DNA of 64,000 bases, from positions 25,009 to 89,008 of the forward strand of contig JAJEIP010000088.1 of assembly GCA_022827885.1 (NCBI GenBank), in the 5' to 3' direction. The position numbers and the translations under genes were made by a program. The stretch's first letter is position 1; each line of letters opens with the position of its first letter. Of the stretch, positions 9,850 to 20,735 are shown piece after piece. The notes under the pieces are model-generated. The model was not told the DNA's origin and searched no databases. It was given only the letters and a program-made list of their open reading frames with translations. This DNA is from Candidatus Poribacteria bacterium (lineage in GTDB: Bacteria > Poribacteria > WGA-4E > WGA-3G).

Positions 9850-10914
9850 ATGCGACATGTGATTTACAAGTTATTGTTCATACTTCTTTTACTCTGGGGG
9901 CTTCCCGCGCACGCCACAACCAATGTCGGTACGGCGGGTGCTCAGTTTCTGAAAATCGGTCCCGGCGCGCGGGTAGACAGTCTTGGAGGGGCGTTTGGCG
10001 CGCTCGCCAACGACGTAACCAGCATCTATTGGAACCCCGCAGGAATAAGCCAACTCGAAAAAACCAGTTTTTCGGACACACATACCGTCTGGCTTGCCGA
10101 TGTCCGGTATAATTATCTGGCGTTCGCAACGCCGATAAAAAACATCGGCACTTTAGGCGCCAGTGTCACATTTCTCAACGTCCCTGATACCGAGATTACC
10201 ACGCTCGCAAAGCCTGATGGGACAGGGCTCTGGTATTCCGCTTATGATACTGCTGTTTCGTTGGCGTATGCCCGACAACTTTACGAACGGGAATCCGGGG
10301 TTAAGTTGTCTGTCGGTATTAACGCCAAATACATTCATCAGCAGATCCACCGCGAAAGTGCCAAAGGGGTCGCTATTGATGTCGGTACCTTGTACCATAC
10401 CGGTTGGCGAAGTTTACGGATCGGGATGTGTTTCTCGAACTTTGGACCGGAGATGCGCTTCGGCGGTCCCGATTTGACAAGCGGGGCAGAGGTCGCAGGC
10501 GACCCACGGATCGCAAGCTACCGTCCATTTCCAGACACAACGAATCCAGAACGGAAAACGGAATTAGAGACGATTGAGTTCCCGCTACCCTCCAATTTCC
10601 GGCTCGGACTCGCCTATGATATTATTGATGCTGGTAGCAATCTTCTCACCCTTGCACTCGATGCCAACCATCCCAACGACAACAGCGAGCGATTGAACAT
10701 CGGTATGGAGTACTGGTACAGAAAAATGGCAGCAATTCGTGGCGGTTACAAGTTCCGCTTGGGTGAAGACCGCGCCGACGATGAAGAGGGACTTACACTC
10801 GGCTTGGGTATCCATCTGAACCTGGGCAGACGGATGCTTTCCCTTGATTATGCTTATGCTGACTTCGGACGTTTACAACAGGTCCACCGAGTGAGTGTGG
10901 GGCTCCAATTTTAA
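9850..10914 (+). CDS. porV: PorV/PorQ-family outer-membrane protein (T9SS-associated, UPF0164-like)
   Basis: Signal peptide, then TTNVGTAGAQFLKIGPGARVDSLGGAFGALANDVTSIYWNPAGI, the family's N-terminal signature. Beta-barrel-like C-terminus ending in F. Confidence 0.7.
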   Translation: MRHVIYKLLFILLLLWGLPAHATTNVGTAGAQFLKIGPGARVDSLGGAFGALANDVTSIYWNPAGISQLEKTSFSDTHTVWLADVRYNYLAFATPIKNIGTLGASVTFLNVPDTEITTLAKPDGTGLWYSAYDTAVSLAYARQLYERESGVKLSVGINAKYIHQQIHRESAKGVAIDVGTLYHTGWRSLRIGMCFSNFGPEMRFGGPDLTSGAEVAGDPRIASYRPFPDTTNPERKTELETIEFPLPSNFRLGLAYDIIDAGSNLLTLALDANHPNDNSERLNIGMEYWYRKMAAIRGGYKFRLGEDRADDEEGLTLGLGIHLNLGRRMLSLDYAYADFGRLQQVHRVSVGLQF

Positions 10915-10925
10915 GGACACCGAAT

Positions 10926-12326
10926 ATGACAAACAAACCAAACATCGTTTACCTCCTCGCAGATCAGATCCGTGCGTGTTCGTTGCCAGTATATGGTGAT
11001 ACGCAGATTGAGACACCACACATCGACCGGCTCGCACAGGAAGGGACCATTTTTTCAAACGCAATCGCTACTGCGCCTGTCTGCACCCCCTATCGTTCCA
11101 TGATGCTCACCGGACGGCACCCACAGACAACCGGACACCTCATTAATTTCGTCAGAACCCGGCACGATGAAATCGGGCTCGGAGACGTTTTCAACAGAAA
11201 CGGTTATCGGACAGCATGGGTGGGAAAATGGCATCTCCACACCGGTTCATTCCCAGAGATCGGCGGACGCGACTATGTCCCTGAAGGACGCGACCGGCTC
11301 GGATTCCAACACTGGCGCGGCTATAATTTCCACACCGACTATTTCAACGGAACTGTGAATCTTGACGATTGGCGGAACGAAAAATGGGAAGGCTACGAAA
11401 CCGATGCCCTGAACCGATACGCTTTCCAGTTCATGGATGATGTGGATGACGATACCCCGTTCTGTCTGTTTATCTCCCCCCACCAAGCGCACTCCACTCC
11501 TTACGAATTCGCACCACCGGAATACTATGACCGGCTACCCACCGAACTCCAACTACCGGAAAATGTTCCAGATTCGGTCAAAGAACAATCCTTAGAAATT
11601 TACCGGCACTATCTCGCCATGACGCTAACGGTGGATGATATGCTCGGTGAACTGATGGCGTATCTCGAAAGAACGGGACGTGTCGAGAATACACTGCTCG
11701 TCTTCAGTTCCGACCACGGAACACAAGGCGGCGGACAAGGCATTAATTTCTGGGCGAAGCGGGAGCCTTATGAAGAATCCATCAAAGTGCCGCTGATTAT
11801 GCGGCTGCCCGGCGTTTTTGAGGAGAATCGCACCTGTGATACACTCACCTCCCCCGTAGACCTATTCCCATCGCTTTGTGGTTTATGTGACATTCAACCC
11901 CCCCGGACCGTCGAAGGCTACGATCTATCAGCGTCTTGGCGTGGTGATGCTGATGCTTTTGAACAGGATGCCGTTTTGACGATGAACTTCGGATCGACCT
12001 ACGATTACCTGATTGATGGTAACGAGTGGCGTGGTGTCCGCACCAAAACGCATAGTTACGCCCGTTGGTTCGATGGTAAACGGATGCTGTATGACGTGGC
12101 GGCGGATCCCCTACAGATGAACAATCTGATTGACGCACCCGAATCGAGATCGTTAGCAGACGAAATGGAGAACACCCTCACAGGCTTGATGGATGCTCGG
12201 AACGACGCACTCCAGCCCGCGACAAGTTATACGGATTGGTATGACGCACAACGTCGCATCGTCCGCAACGCCCACGGTCCCCTCGGCGATCCAGAGGACG
12301 AACCCGATTGGTCCCTACTGAGTTGA
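10926..12326 (+). CDS. Sulfatase (formylglycine-dependent arylsulfatase family)
   Basis: IVYLLADQ N-terminus and the C-x-P-x-R motif in APVCTPYRSMMLTGRHP. Confidence 0.85.
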   Translation: MTNKPNIVYLLADQIRACSLPVYGDTQIETPHIDRLAQEGTIFSNAIATAPVCTPYRSMMLTGRHPQTTGHLINFVRTRHDEIGLGDVFNRNGYRTAWVGKWHLHTGSFPEIGGRDYVPEGRDRLGFQHWRGYNFHTDYFNGTVNLDDWRNEKWEGYETDALNRYAFQFMDDVDDDTPFCLFISPHQAHSTPYEFAPPEYYDRLPTELQLPENVPDSVKEQSLEIYRHYLAMTLTVDDMLGELMAYLERTGRVENTLLVFSSDHGTQGGGQGINFWAKREPYEESIKVPLIMRLPGVFEENRTCDTLTSPVDLFPSLCGLCDIQPPRTVEGYDLSASWRGDADAFEQDAVLTMNFGSTYDYLIDGNEWRGVRTKTHSYARWFDGKRMLYDVAADPLQMNNLIDAPESRSLADEMENTLTGLMDARNDALQPATSYTDWYDAQRRIVRNAHGPLGDPEDEPDWSLLS

Positions 12327-12401
12327 ATTAAAAATATTTATTATGATACAATGAATGTTTGAATAACTAATCCAAACGGAGTGTAGAAAGAAAAAACAGA
12401 T

Positions 12402-15400
12402 ATGACTCTTCAAGAAATAATTTTAGCGTTAGAGAAATTTTGGGCAGATCACGGGTGCATCATCCAGCAACCGTGTGATATAGAAGTCGGTGCAGGCACA
12501 TTTAACCCCGCAACATTTTTGCGATGCCTCGGTCCAGAACCGTGGCAAGTGGCGTATGTGGAGCCTGTCCGCCGTCCAACCGATGGCAGATATGCGGAAA
12601 ACCCTTTCCGTGTCGGGGCATATTATCAGTATCAGGTGATACTCAAACCAGCACCTGAGAACGTGCTTCCCCTCTACCTTGAGAGCCTTTATAGTCTCGG
12701 CATTTCACCCCGCAAGAACGATATCCGATTTGTAGAAGACGATTGGGAATCACCGACACTCGGTGCCTCTGGGCTCGGCTGGGAGGTCTGGTGGAACGGC
12801 GCGGAAGTCACACAATTTACCTACTTCCAACAGATGGGTAGCATTGATCTCGATCCAATATGTGCTGAGATTACTTACGGACTTGAGCGCATCGCTCTCT
12901 ACTTACAGGATGTCGATGATTTTTTTGACATCCGCTGGAACGAACACGTTAATTACGGTGACGTCCACCGGCAGAGCGAGGTGGAATACTCGACTTACAA
13001 CTTTGAGCGTGCGGATGTAGACATGCTTTTTGAGTTGTTTAGCACGTATGAGAAGGAGACCCACGCCTGTTTAGACGCGGGGTTAGTGCTACCTGCAACC
13101 GATCATGTTTTGAAATGCTCCCATACCTTCAATATGTTGGACGCACGCGGAGTCATCAGCGTCACGGAGCGGGTGAGTTACATTGAACGGGTCCGACGGC
13201 TCGCACAGCGGATCGCACGCGCGTATGTCAAACAGCGTGAAGAGATGGAACACCCACTTCTCGGAAAATGGGCTGCGGTAGGAGGGATTTGTAGTCCCGA
13301 TGCTTCTAAAACACAAACCTCTGAGGTAGGTGCGGTTTCTAAACGCACTGAATCTGACAAGGAACAGGAAACCGCTGACCTCCTCTTTGAAATCGGTACG
13401 GAAGAGATACCTGCGAGTTATGTCCCACCTGTCCTTGAACAACTACGCGAGATCGCGACTGAATCCCTCACAAGTCACAGGATCCCATTTGGCGAAGTTC
13501 AAACACTCGGCACCCCGCGTCGTATCACGCTCAGTATCAAGGACGTAAAAACGCTGCAGGAGAGCCAAGAGACAGAGGTCGTAGGACCCCCGAAACGTAT
13601 CGCCTACGATGAAAACGGCGAACCGACAAAAGCCGCAATCGGTTTCGCAAAAACACAGGGTGTTGACTTGACAGCACTCCGTATTGTTGAAACGGAACGC
13701 GGTGAATATGTCGCTGCCTCCAAACTCGAAACGGGGGGCCCAACACGAGACATCTTGAAAACCCTATTGACGGAATGGATTGAGGCACTTCGTTTTCCGA
13801 AAACCATGCGTTGGGAGACCGACGCCGAAGAACCACGTGCGTTCGCACGTTTTGCGCGTCCGATCCGATGGCTCGTGGCGTTACTCGGAGATACAGTTAT
13901 CGACTGCCCCTACGGTGCCGCACACGCAGGACGGTTAACCTACGGGCATCGCTCCTTACATCCTGAACCGATAACTTTAACTTCTGCTGACTTAGACACG
14001 TATGTTGAAAAACTGCGTGCTGTTGATGTCATTGTCTGTCCAAAAGAGCGCAGGGACACAATCGAGAAACAGGTCAGAGACGTTTTTGAGGTCGAGGGAT
14101 GCCTTCCAAAACTGGATGAAGAATTGCTGGATACAGTGAACTATCTCGTGGAGAACCCACAACCGATCGTGGGCAATTTTAGTGAGTCGCATTTGGAAAT
14201 ACCGTCTGAGGTGTTGATTACCGCAATGAAGACCCATCAACGCTATTTTCCGATGTGGCGAAGTGAATCTGTCCTTGCCGCGAAATTCGTCACGATTTCC
14301 AACGGGACGGACGGAAATATTGACGGGGTTCGGCACGGGAATGAGCGCGTCCTCCACGCCAGACTCAACGATGCAGAGTTCTTCTACAACGAAGACCAGA
14401 AAACCAGCCTCGCTGATAAGGTTGAACGTTTAGGCGCGGTTGTCTTCCACGCCAAGCTCGGTTCACTCTTGGATAAAGCCGATCGGCTTAAAGCGTTAGT
14501 TCAGTTCATCGGGGCAGAATTGCAAGTCCCAGAAACAACCGTCGGTCATGCTGAACGCGCAGCGTGGCTCTCTAAAGCGGATTTGACGACGCAAATGGTG
14601 ATCGAATTCCCATCATTGCAGGGAATTACGGGGAGATATTACGCAGAGAACGGTGGTGAAGCGGGACCTGTTACGACGGCTATTGCTGAGCATTACCAAC
14701 CGCTCGGTGCTGATACGCCGCTCCCTGAAACCGAAGTCGGCGCGCTCGTCGCAATCGCTGATAAGCTCGACACGATTGTCGGGTACTTCGGTATAGACGA
14801 ACGTCCCACGGGTTCACAAGACCCGTACTCCTTAAGACGGCATGCCCTCGGCACAATCCGAATCCTCCGAGACCGGAAACTACTGCTGTCTTTGGATGCC
14901 GTTGTCGAAAAAGCGATCTCCCTCTATACCGTCGAATTAGCCGAAGATACACGAACGAGTGTTCTTAACTTCATTAAAGAACGCCTACGCGTTATTTTGC
15001 TGGAGACACATCAATATGCGCCAGATCTCGCCGATGCTGTCTTGGCGATTGGTGCCGTTGACATTATTGATATTCTCGAACGCGCCAGTGCACTTGCCGA
15101 ATTTCGCTTGACACCAAATTTTGAGGAAGTGTATAATGCACTCAATCGGATATTGAGAATTTTACCGCCGGACGCGCCAGAAACTGTAGACCCTGTGTTC
15201 CTACACGACGATGCTGATAAGCAGTTGTATGCCTGTATTACCGAAGCAGAACCCGGTTTCCAGCAAAGCATTCAGGAACGCGACTACGCGAAACTACTGA
15301 CGCAACTCGCTGCTTTACAACCCGCGATAGACACATTCTTTGATGATGTGTTGGTTATGGCGGAGGATCCATCGCTGCGCGCAAATCGATTAGCGTTATT

Positions 15401-15467
15401 GAACCGAATTGGACGAAATGTCTACACTGTCGCAGACCTGACAAAACTCGTAATCGCTGGAAATTAA
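12402..15467 (+). CDS. glyQS: Glycine--tRNA ligase, fused alpha (GlyQ) and beta (GlyS) subunits
   Basis: The N-terminal ~290 aa ([22 protein letters not shown]...[10 protein letters not shown]) is GlyQ. A ~45-aa linker follows, then a GlyS-like body starting [11 protein letters not shown]. Confidence 0.9.
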   Translation: MTLQEIILALEKFWADHGCIIQQPCDIEVGAGTFNPATFLRCLGPEPWQVAYVEPVRRPTDGRYAENPFRVGAYYQYQVILKPAPENVLPLYLESLYSLGISPRKNDIRFVEDDWESPTLGASGLGWEVWWNGAEVTQFTYFQQMGSIDLDPICAEITYGLERIALYLQDVDDFFDIRWNEHVNYGDVHRQSEVEYSTYNFERADVDMLFELFSTYEKETHACLDAGLVLPATDHVLKCSHTFNMLDARGVISVTERVSYIERVRRLAQRIARAYVKQREEMEHPLLGKWAAVGGICSPDASKTQTSEVGAVSKRTESDKEQETADLLFEIGTEEIPASYVPPVLEQLREIATESLTSHRIPFGEVQTLGTPRRITLSIKDVKTLQESQETEVVGPPKRIAYDENGEPTKAAIGFAKTQGVDLTALRIVETERGEYVAASKLETGGPTRDILKTLLTEWIEALRFPKTMRWETDAEEPRAFARFARPIRWLVALLGDTVIDCPYGAAHAGRLTYGHRSLHPEPITLTSADLDTYVEKLRAVDVIVCPKERRDTIEKQVRDVFEVEGCLPKLDEELLDTVNYLVENPQPIVGNFSESHLEIPSEVLITAMKTHQRYFPMWRSESVLAAKFVTISNGTDGNIDGVRHGNERVLHARLNDAEFFYNEDQKTSLADKVERLGAVVFHAKLGSLLDKADRLKALVQFIGAELQVPETTVGHAERAAWLSKADLTTQMVIEFPSLQGITGRYYAENGGEAGPVTTAIAEHYQPLGADTPLPETEVGALVAIADKLDTIVGYFGIDERPTGSQDPYSLRRHALGTIRILRDRKLLLSLDAVVEKAISLYTVELAEDTRTSVLNFIKERLRVILLETHQYAPDLADAVLAIGAVDIIDILERASALAEFRLTPNFEEVYNALNRILRILPPDAPETVDPVFLHDDADKQLYACITEAEPGFQQSIQERDYAKLLTQLAALQPAIDTFFDDVLVMAEDPSLRANRLALLNRIGRNVYTVADLTKLVIAGN

Positions 15468-15555
15468 CATTTTTAATTTATTGCTCCTGGGCCACTCTCC
15501 ATTTCATTGCAAGCGGGTTTCCGATTAGTTTTTACTGGGTTTGGGAATTTTGACT

Positions 15556-15576
15556 TTAAGGAAAAATTAAAAAATG
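15556..15576 (+). promoter_or_regulatory. Leader motif, partial copy H (ttAAGGAAAAATTAAAAAATG)
   Basis: Shares only the 3' half of the motif (SD plus A/T spacer plus ATG). Confidence 0.35.
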
Positions 15577-18500
15577 AAGCAACACCTCTTATGTAATATA
15601 TTGAAGATTTGTATCCATCTCTCGCTCATCGTAGCTACTGCCCTCGTGATAGGGTGTGGTGAGAAAGAGAACAGGGACATTATTGAAGCGCGAGCCGCTA
15701 TTGTTCGCGGAGATTATGCTGCTGCACAAGCCGCGGTCCAGAAGACAGATGCTGCAAATCAGGAGGCGCGACATCTCAAGGCTTTCCTGCAAAACCGCAC
15801 ACGCACTGAGACGGAGGGGTGGCACCAAGCGATTGCGCAATCGAACGCTTATCTTGAAACGCTCGCCGCAGACATCCTCGTTATCTCGTTGATGGAAGAT
15901 CCGGATTCTGACGAACTTGATCGACAGGAGAGACTCGTCCGCTCGCAGAACGCCATCTCTGGCCTCTTCGCTGTGTCGCTTGCTGAAGCGGTCGAAAAAC
16001 GTCCCGAATTGCTCTCTGAACTCGTAGCGCATTCGGATGCGGCTGTCGTTATAGGGCTTTTAGCCGCAGAAAAATGCTATCAACCGAACGCGCTCGCAGC
16101 GGTCTCAGAACTCATGACAAAACTCGGAAATGGAGAAGCGGTTGTTGAACGCTTGCAGCAGGCGATGCATCATAAAGATACAGCCATACAAAAGGAGGCT
16201 GTCCGTTATCTTGGGGCGATGCGAAACCCTGAACTCATCCCAATTTTTGAAGGAGCCCTTGCTGAAACGGAAAATGACCCTGAAGTCGCCTACAGAGCAA
16301 TCGTCGCACTTGAACAATCCGTGGGTAGTAGAGGTACGGTTACCTCGTCCCTACCTGCAGCCATTGTGCCGGGACTCCAACTCGCCCTCAGACACAACAG
16401 TGCGCAGGTCCGAATGCACGCCGCGAAACTCCTCGGGAGCCTCCAAACAGAAACGGCTGTGCCTGACCTCGTCCGACTTCTCGCAGATCCGAACAGTTAT
16501 GTCAAAGATACCGCCATAGGCGCGCTGAACCGTATCGGGGAACCCGCCGTTGCTCCGCTACTCGAGGTGTTAGACACTGGTGCCCGAAACCTTATTCCCG
16601 ATGAGGACCTCGGCTTTGCCACAGAGTATCGGTACATCGCGAGTGCTTATATTGATAGTTTATGGATGAAAAAATATAGGATCGGAACCTTATCAGCCGC
16701 GATCCAGGCCCTCGGGTTACTCAAAATGGAAGATGGCGTAAAGCCGCTCATAGACGAATTAGAAAACGAGGATTTGCAAGATGCAGCGTTGGCGGCACTC
16801 GTCGAAATGCGTGGCGTTGCTGTGTTACCGATGATCGACGCACTCAAAAACGGCACAGACGAAATCCGAGTGAGGGTCGCAGATGCGCTCGGACAAATCG
16901 CGGATCGGCGCGCAATTGTTCCGCTCGTTGAAGCATTGGACAGCGATCCATACAAAGAGGTAAAAGCATTTGCAGCGGTCGGGCTTGGTAATATGCGGGC
17001 ACGTGGTGAGAATAACAGGGTAGTCGTCGCGCTCACGAACGCACTCTCCTATGACGATACAACCGCGACAAATGCGGCAGAGGCACTCGGAAAAATTGAT
17101 GTATCCACAGAAGATGCCGTTCAAAAATTGATTCTCATAGCGATGGAAAAAAATATGCGTGAGACCTTACGCATTGCCGCGCTTACAGCACTCTGGCGGC
17201 TCAAGCCTCAAGAAGCAACGCAGTCGATGCTACTTCTGATGTTCAGTGACGAGACCAGTCCAGTCTTGCGCGCGAATGCTGTCAAGGTGTTGAGCCGAAT
17301 TCAAGCCCCTGAAACGATTCCTGTGTTACTCTGGGTGCTTTCCACACAATTTGACGAAATTTCAGATTTTCAACGGCATATGAAACGAGAATACAAAACG
17401 CTGGATACGCTCCGAACACAGGTTGACACCTTCCAGATTCAGTGGACACCTGACTATCCACGCGCAAACTATCGGACATGGGGTGAACTTAAACCGATTC
17501 CAAGTCTTGTTCGAAGTGAGGTTGCTCGAGCACTCGGTATCATCAAAGGGGACATTGTCATAGAGCCTCTGGCAAACGCACTTCGGGACGATGGGCGCGC
17601 AACCGTCCGACAAAGCGCAGCGTGGGCACTCGGTGAAGCCAAAGGGGATGATGCCATCCCACCGCTGGTTACTGCATTGAAAAAGGATAAACAGGGGGCT
17701 GTCCGACAGGAAGCAGCGATCGCACTCGGGAAAATAAAAGGACTGAAGGTTGTTGACCCACTCGTAGATGCCCTGAAAAACGATAAATATGAAACCACGC
17801 GCTTTGAAGCCGCAAAGGCACTCCGAGAGATTCAAGCCGGGGATAAAGGGCTTGTTGATGTTGTCAAAAAGGGCTTGGGAAGTTTTGATGATGGATACGA
17901 AGTACAATCTGTTCAGGACGAAGTCATTGGCGCATTGGTCAAAGATAACAATATTCCAACAGCCCAATTTGCACTCGATGCTCTGAAATCTGCAGATGAT
18001 GAGTGGGTCCGATGGAAACTCGTTCATGTGATCGGAGCGTCTGCGAAAAAAGTTGGCGTTGATGCTATGGTCGAAGAACTCAAACACCCGAGTTATGTCG
18101 TCCGTAGGCGCGCCGCAGAGTCGCTCGGTGGGTTCAAAGAACGCCGCGTCGTTGAACCGTTGATCGCTATTCTCGAAAATATGGAGGAGATGAAGTCCAT
18201 TCGTGCGGCGGCGGCGTTCTCACTTGGTGCCCTGAAAGATGAACGTGCGTCTGCATCGCTGCTAACCGCACTTTCCGACCCAAATGCCGAGATCCGATTG
18301 CAAGCCGCCGTCGCCTTGGGAAAACTCAAAGATACCAAAGTGATTCCGCGACTGAGTGAGATTGTTGAGGATCCATTAGAACCGGATACTGTCCGTGATG
18401 CTGCTGTGGCGGCACTCGGCAATATTGGGAACATGGCAGCTGAAGCCGTCCTGATGCGTGCTTTGGATGTCCGGATCGGAAATATATCAAAGAATGCTGT

Positions 18501-19443
18501 TGTTGCTTTGGGGCAGCTCAAAAGTGAAGCAGCGGTTCCGGCGTTAATCGCTATTTTGGAAGACAAACGAGTCGTGTTGGATGCGAATACCGACGCGTTG
18601 GCTAAGGCGTCTGCTCGGACAAAAGCCGCAACGGCACTTGGTGAAATTGGGGGGGCGCGTGCCGCTGAGGCGGTTGGAAAACGGCTCGTTGATGATGCGG
18701 AATATATCGTCGCACTTGAGGATGCCGCAAATAGGAAAGCCATCGGCGCAGACGACCTGAAACGGAACTGGAGTTGGGAAGTTTTCGTCAACGCCGCTAA
18801 AAAACTGGATTTACCCGCGTTTGTCGCACCGAAAATGGCAGTCCGTGCTGAGGATGGGTGGGAAAATCACCAAGTCAGAAATGCGGCAATGGTTGCGCTC
18901 GGTAGGTGCGATGCAACGGATGTCGCCTTGGACCTTTCACAACTCAGACAGCGGTTGACTGATCCCGATGTGGACACCCGAAAAGCGACAGCACTGAGTG
19001 TCGGGCAAGCCGGAATTAGCGAACTCATACCGGAACTCGTGCAGATAATGAAAGGTGAAAGCGAAGCCGAAAAGGATGTCCGCCGAGCAGCAACGCAGGG
19101 GCTTGGTGAGTTGGCTGATGAAACAACAACCGACGCGCTCATTGAAGTGATGAACAACGATGAAAACCACGTCGAAATTCGACGCGATGCATCGCGGGCG
19201 TTGGGTAAAATCGCGACGGACACGGCGGTGACAGCGTTGGTGGAAAAACTAACCGCACTCCATGAAGCTCAGATTACGAGAGGTTTCCGTCTTGATGCTA
19301 TCAAGGCGCTTGGAGAGGCTAAGAACTCGAAGGCAGTAACGCTGCTTGAACTGATTCTCCAAGACCAGGACGCCGAGATTCACTTCCAAGCGGCGGCAGC
19401 ACTCTTTGAAATTACAGGTAAAGGCTACGGTTATAACCGATAA
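15574..19443 (+). CDS. Giant HEAT-repeat (PBS-lyase HEAT-like) lipoprotein
   Basis: Lipobox LVIGC near the N-terminus. Dozens of ~31-aa repeats of the form D..VR..AA.ALG.I......PL...L.D. Confidence 0.75.
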   Translation: MKQHLLCNILKICIHLSLIVATALVIGCGEKENRDIIEARAAIVRGDYAAAQAAVQKTDAANQEARHLKAFLQNRTRTETEGWHQAIAQSNAYLETLAADILVISLMEDPDSDELDRQERLVRSQNAISGLFAVSLAEAVEKRPELLSELVAHSDAAVVIGLLAAEKCYQPNALAAVSELMTKLGNGEAVVERLQQAMHHKDTAIQKEAVRYLGAMRNPELIPIFEGALAETENDPEVAYRAIVALEQSVGSRGTVTSSLPAAIVPGLQLALRHNSAQVRMHAAKLLGSLQTETAVPDLVRLLADPNSYVKDTAIGALNRIGEPAVAPLLEVLDTGARNLIPDEDLGFATEYRYIASAYIDSLWMKKYRIGTLSAAIQALGLLKMEDGVKPLIDELENEDLQDAALAALVEMRGVAVLPMIDALKNGTDEIRVRVADALGQIADRRAIVPLVEALDSDPYKEVKAFAAVGLGNMRARGENNRVVVALTNALSYDDTTATNAAEALGKIDVSTEDAVQKLILIAMEKNMRETLRIAALTALWRLKPQEATQSMLLLMFSDETSPVLRANAVKVLSRIQAPETIPVLLWVLSTQFDEISDFQRHMKREYKTLDTLRTQVDTFQIQWTPDYPRANYRTWGELKPIPSLVRSEVARALGIIKGDIVIEPLANALRDDGRATVRQSAAWALGEAKGDDAIPPLVTALKKDKQGAVRQEAAIALGKIKGLKVVDPLVDALKNDKYETTRFEAAKALREIQAGDKGLVDVVKKGLGSFDDGYEVQSVQDEVIGALVKDNNIPTAQFALDALKSADDEWVRWKLVHVIGASAKKVGVDAMVEELKHPSYVVRRRAAESLGGFKERRVVEPLIAILENMEEMKSIRAAAAFSLGALKDERASASLLTALSDPNAEIRLQAAVALGKLKDTKVIPRLSEIVEDPLEPDTVRDAAVAALGNIGNMAAEAVLMRALDVRIGNISKNAVVALGQLKSEAAVPALIAILEDKRVVLDANTDALAKASARTKAATALGEIGGARAAEAVGKRLVDDAEYIVALEDAANRKAIGADDLKRNWSWEVFVNAAKKLDLPAFVAPKMAVRAEDGWENHQVRNAAMVALGRCDATDVALDLSQLRQRLTDPDVDTRKATALSVGQAGISELIPELVQIMKGESEAEKDVRRAATQGLGELADETTTDALIEVMNNDENHVEIRRDASRALGKIATDTAVTALVEKLTALHEAQITRGFRLDAIKALGEAKNSKAVTLLELILQDQDAEIHFQAAAALFEITGKGYGYNR

Positions 19444-19462
19444 CTATTAAAAAGGAGATTTC

Positions 19463-19786
19463 ATGGCTTTTTTTGAACTACGACAGTATAGAACGAAACC
19501 CGGTCAACGCGAGAATTGGGTGAAATACATGGAAGAGACGGTCCTTCCGTTCCAGATTTCTAAAGGGATGGTTGTGATTGGCAGTTTCATCGGTGAAGAA
19601 GAGGACGATCTTTATGTCTGGATTCGGCGGTTTGAGAGCGAAGCGCAGCGAGAACAACTCTATGCAGCGGTTTATGAAGACGACCGATGGCTAAATGAAA
19701 TCTCTGCCCGCGTCGGCGAACTGATTGACAGAGAACAGATCCTTGTGACACGGTTGGAACCCACTTCACGCTCGGCACACCAATAA
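19463..19786 (+). CDS. NIPSNAP family protein
   Basis: MAFFELRQYRTKPGQ...VWIRRFESEAQRE pattern typical of NIPSNAP domains. AAGGAG lies upstream. Confidence 0.65.
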   Translation: MAFFELRQYRTKPGQRENWVKYMEETVLPFQISKGMVVIGSFIGEEEDDLYVWIRRFESEAQREQLYAAVYEDDRWLNEISARVGELIDREQILVTRLEPTSRSAHQ

Positions 19787-19794
19787 GGAAAATA

Positions 19795-19831
19795 GGGCTT
19801 ACGTAATTTATTATAAAGCGAGCGTAAGCCC
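19795..19831 (+). terminator. Hairpin downstream of the NIPSNAP gene (possible terminator, no U-tract)
   Basis: gggcttacg (19795-19803) pairs perfectly with cgtaagccc (19823-19831). Confidence 0.35.
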
Positions 19832-19882
19832 AACCAACGGGCGGCTGGTTTGACGGATAGGCATGCGAAGGCCCCAATCCAT

Positions 19883-19913
19883 CTAACCGAACCGCAAGGA
19901 AAATTAAAAAATG
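19883..19913 (+). promoter_or_regulatory. Conserved leader motif, copy B (ctaACCGAACCGCAAGGAAAATTAAAAAATG)
   Basis: Ends in the start codon of the PhyH gene. Confidence 0.5.
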
Positions 19914-20657
19914 GGACCCGAAGATAAATATCTGTTCGACCTTTGGGGGTATGTGAACATCGAAAACGTTTTAGGGACAGACGAGATCGCAGAACTCAAT
20001 GCCCTTATCGATGCACAAAATTACCCAGATCCAGTGGATGATGATGTCTATTCACAAAGGTTCGGAGGATTCTTGAGTTGGGAAAACGACGCGTTCCGCA
20101 AACTCCTCAGCCACCCGCGTATTATGCCGTTTTTAGCAGAGATCGTGGGTCCAAAATTCCGATTGGATCATGTCTACGGCATCTTAATGATAGAGGGGAA
20201 CCCAGGTGGAATGCTTCACGGTGGCGGGACACCTTATGACCCAGCGCAGTATTACGTCTTCCGAAATGATCGGATGTATAACGGATTAACCGTTGTGTCG
20301 TGGGCTTTAACGGATATGCTGCCCGGACATGGAGGTTTCTGTTGTATCCCCGGCAGCCATAAGAGCAACTATCCGTGTCCCTCACAGTTCCGACCCGTGG
20401 AGGACAACAAGACGTGTATGGCACCCGTGCATCAGAAGGCGGGGGACGTTGTCATCTTCACAGAGGCGTTGACGCACGGGACCCTTCCGTGGACCGCTTC
20501 GCACGAACGACGCTCCATTCTGTTCAAGTACTCACCCGGACATGCCTCGTGGGGACAAGGCAGATACGACGACGAACTCCGCAACCTCATGTCAGACGAT
20601 GACCAGAAGTTGATGCTTGAACCGCCTTACGTTGCCAACCGGAAACCCGTGGTTTAA
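19911..20657 (+). CDS. Phytanoyl-CoA dioxygenase (PhyH) family Fe(II)/2-oxoglutarate oxygenase
   Basis: N-terminal YLFDLWGYVNIENVL and a later FCCIPGSHK...FTEALTHG (H-x-D/H...H-type) pattern. Confidence 0.65.
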   Translation: MGPEDKYLFDLWGYVNIENVLGTDEIAELNALIDAQNYPDPVDDDVYSQRFGGFLSWENDAFRKLLSHPRIMPFLAEIVGPKFRLDHVYGILMIEGNPGGMLHGGGTPYDPAQYYVFRNDRMYNGLTVVSWALTDMLPGHGGFCCIPGSHKSNYPCPSQFRPVEDNKTCMAPVHQKAGDVVIFTEALTHGTLPWTASHERRSILFKYSPGHASWGQGRYDDELRNLMSDDDQKLMLEPPYVANRKPVV

Positions 20658-20735
20658 TACATAACTCAGATTGAAGGCAGGAAAACGTTGGGTTCACTCG
20701 GTATCTCTACGATGTTACTGATAATTGACAACTAA

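Noticed and set aside
12327-12401. Possible T-box or riboswitch leader upstream of glyQS
   Set aside because: The intergenic region is only 75 nt and mostly AT-rich promoter-like sequence, too short for a T-box.
17362-18791. Long minus-strand ORFs (241 and 232 aa) inside the HEAT-repeat gene
   Set aside because: They are low-complexity Ala/Ser-rich antisense translations of a repetitive GC-skewed coding region. The plus-strand frame has clear repeat periodicity and runs uninterrupted for 1289 codons.
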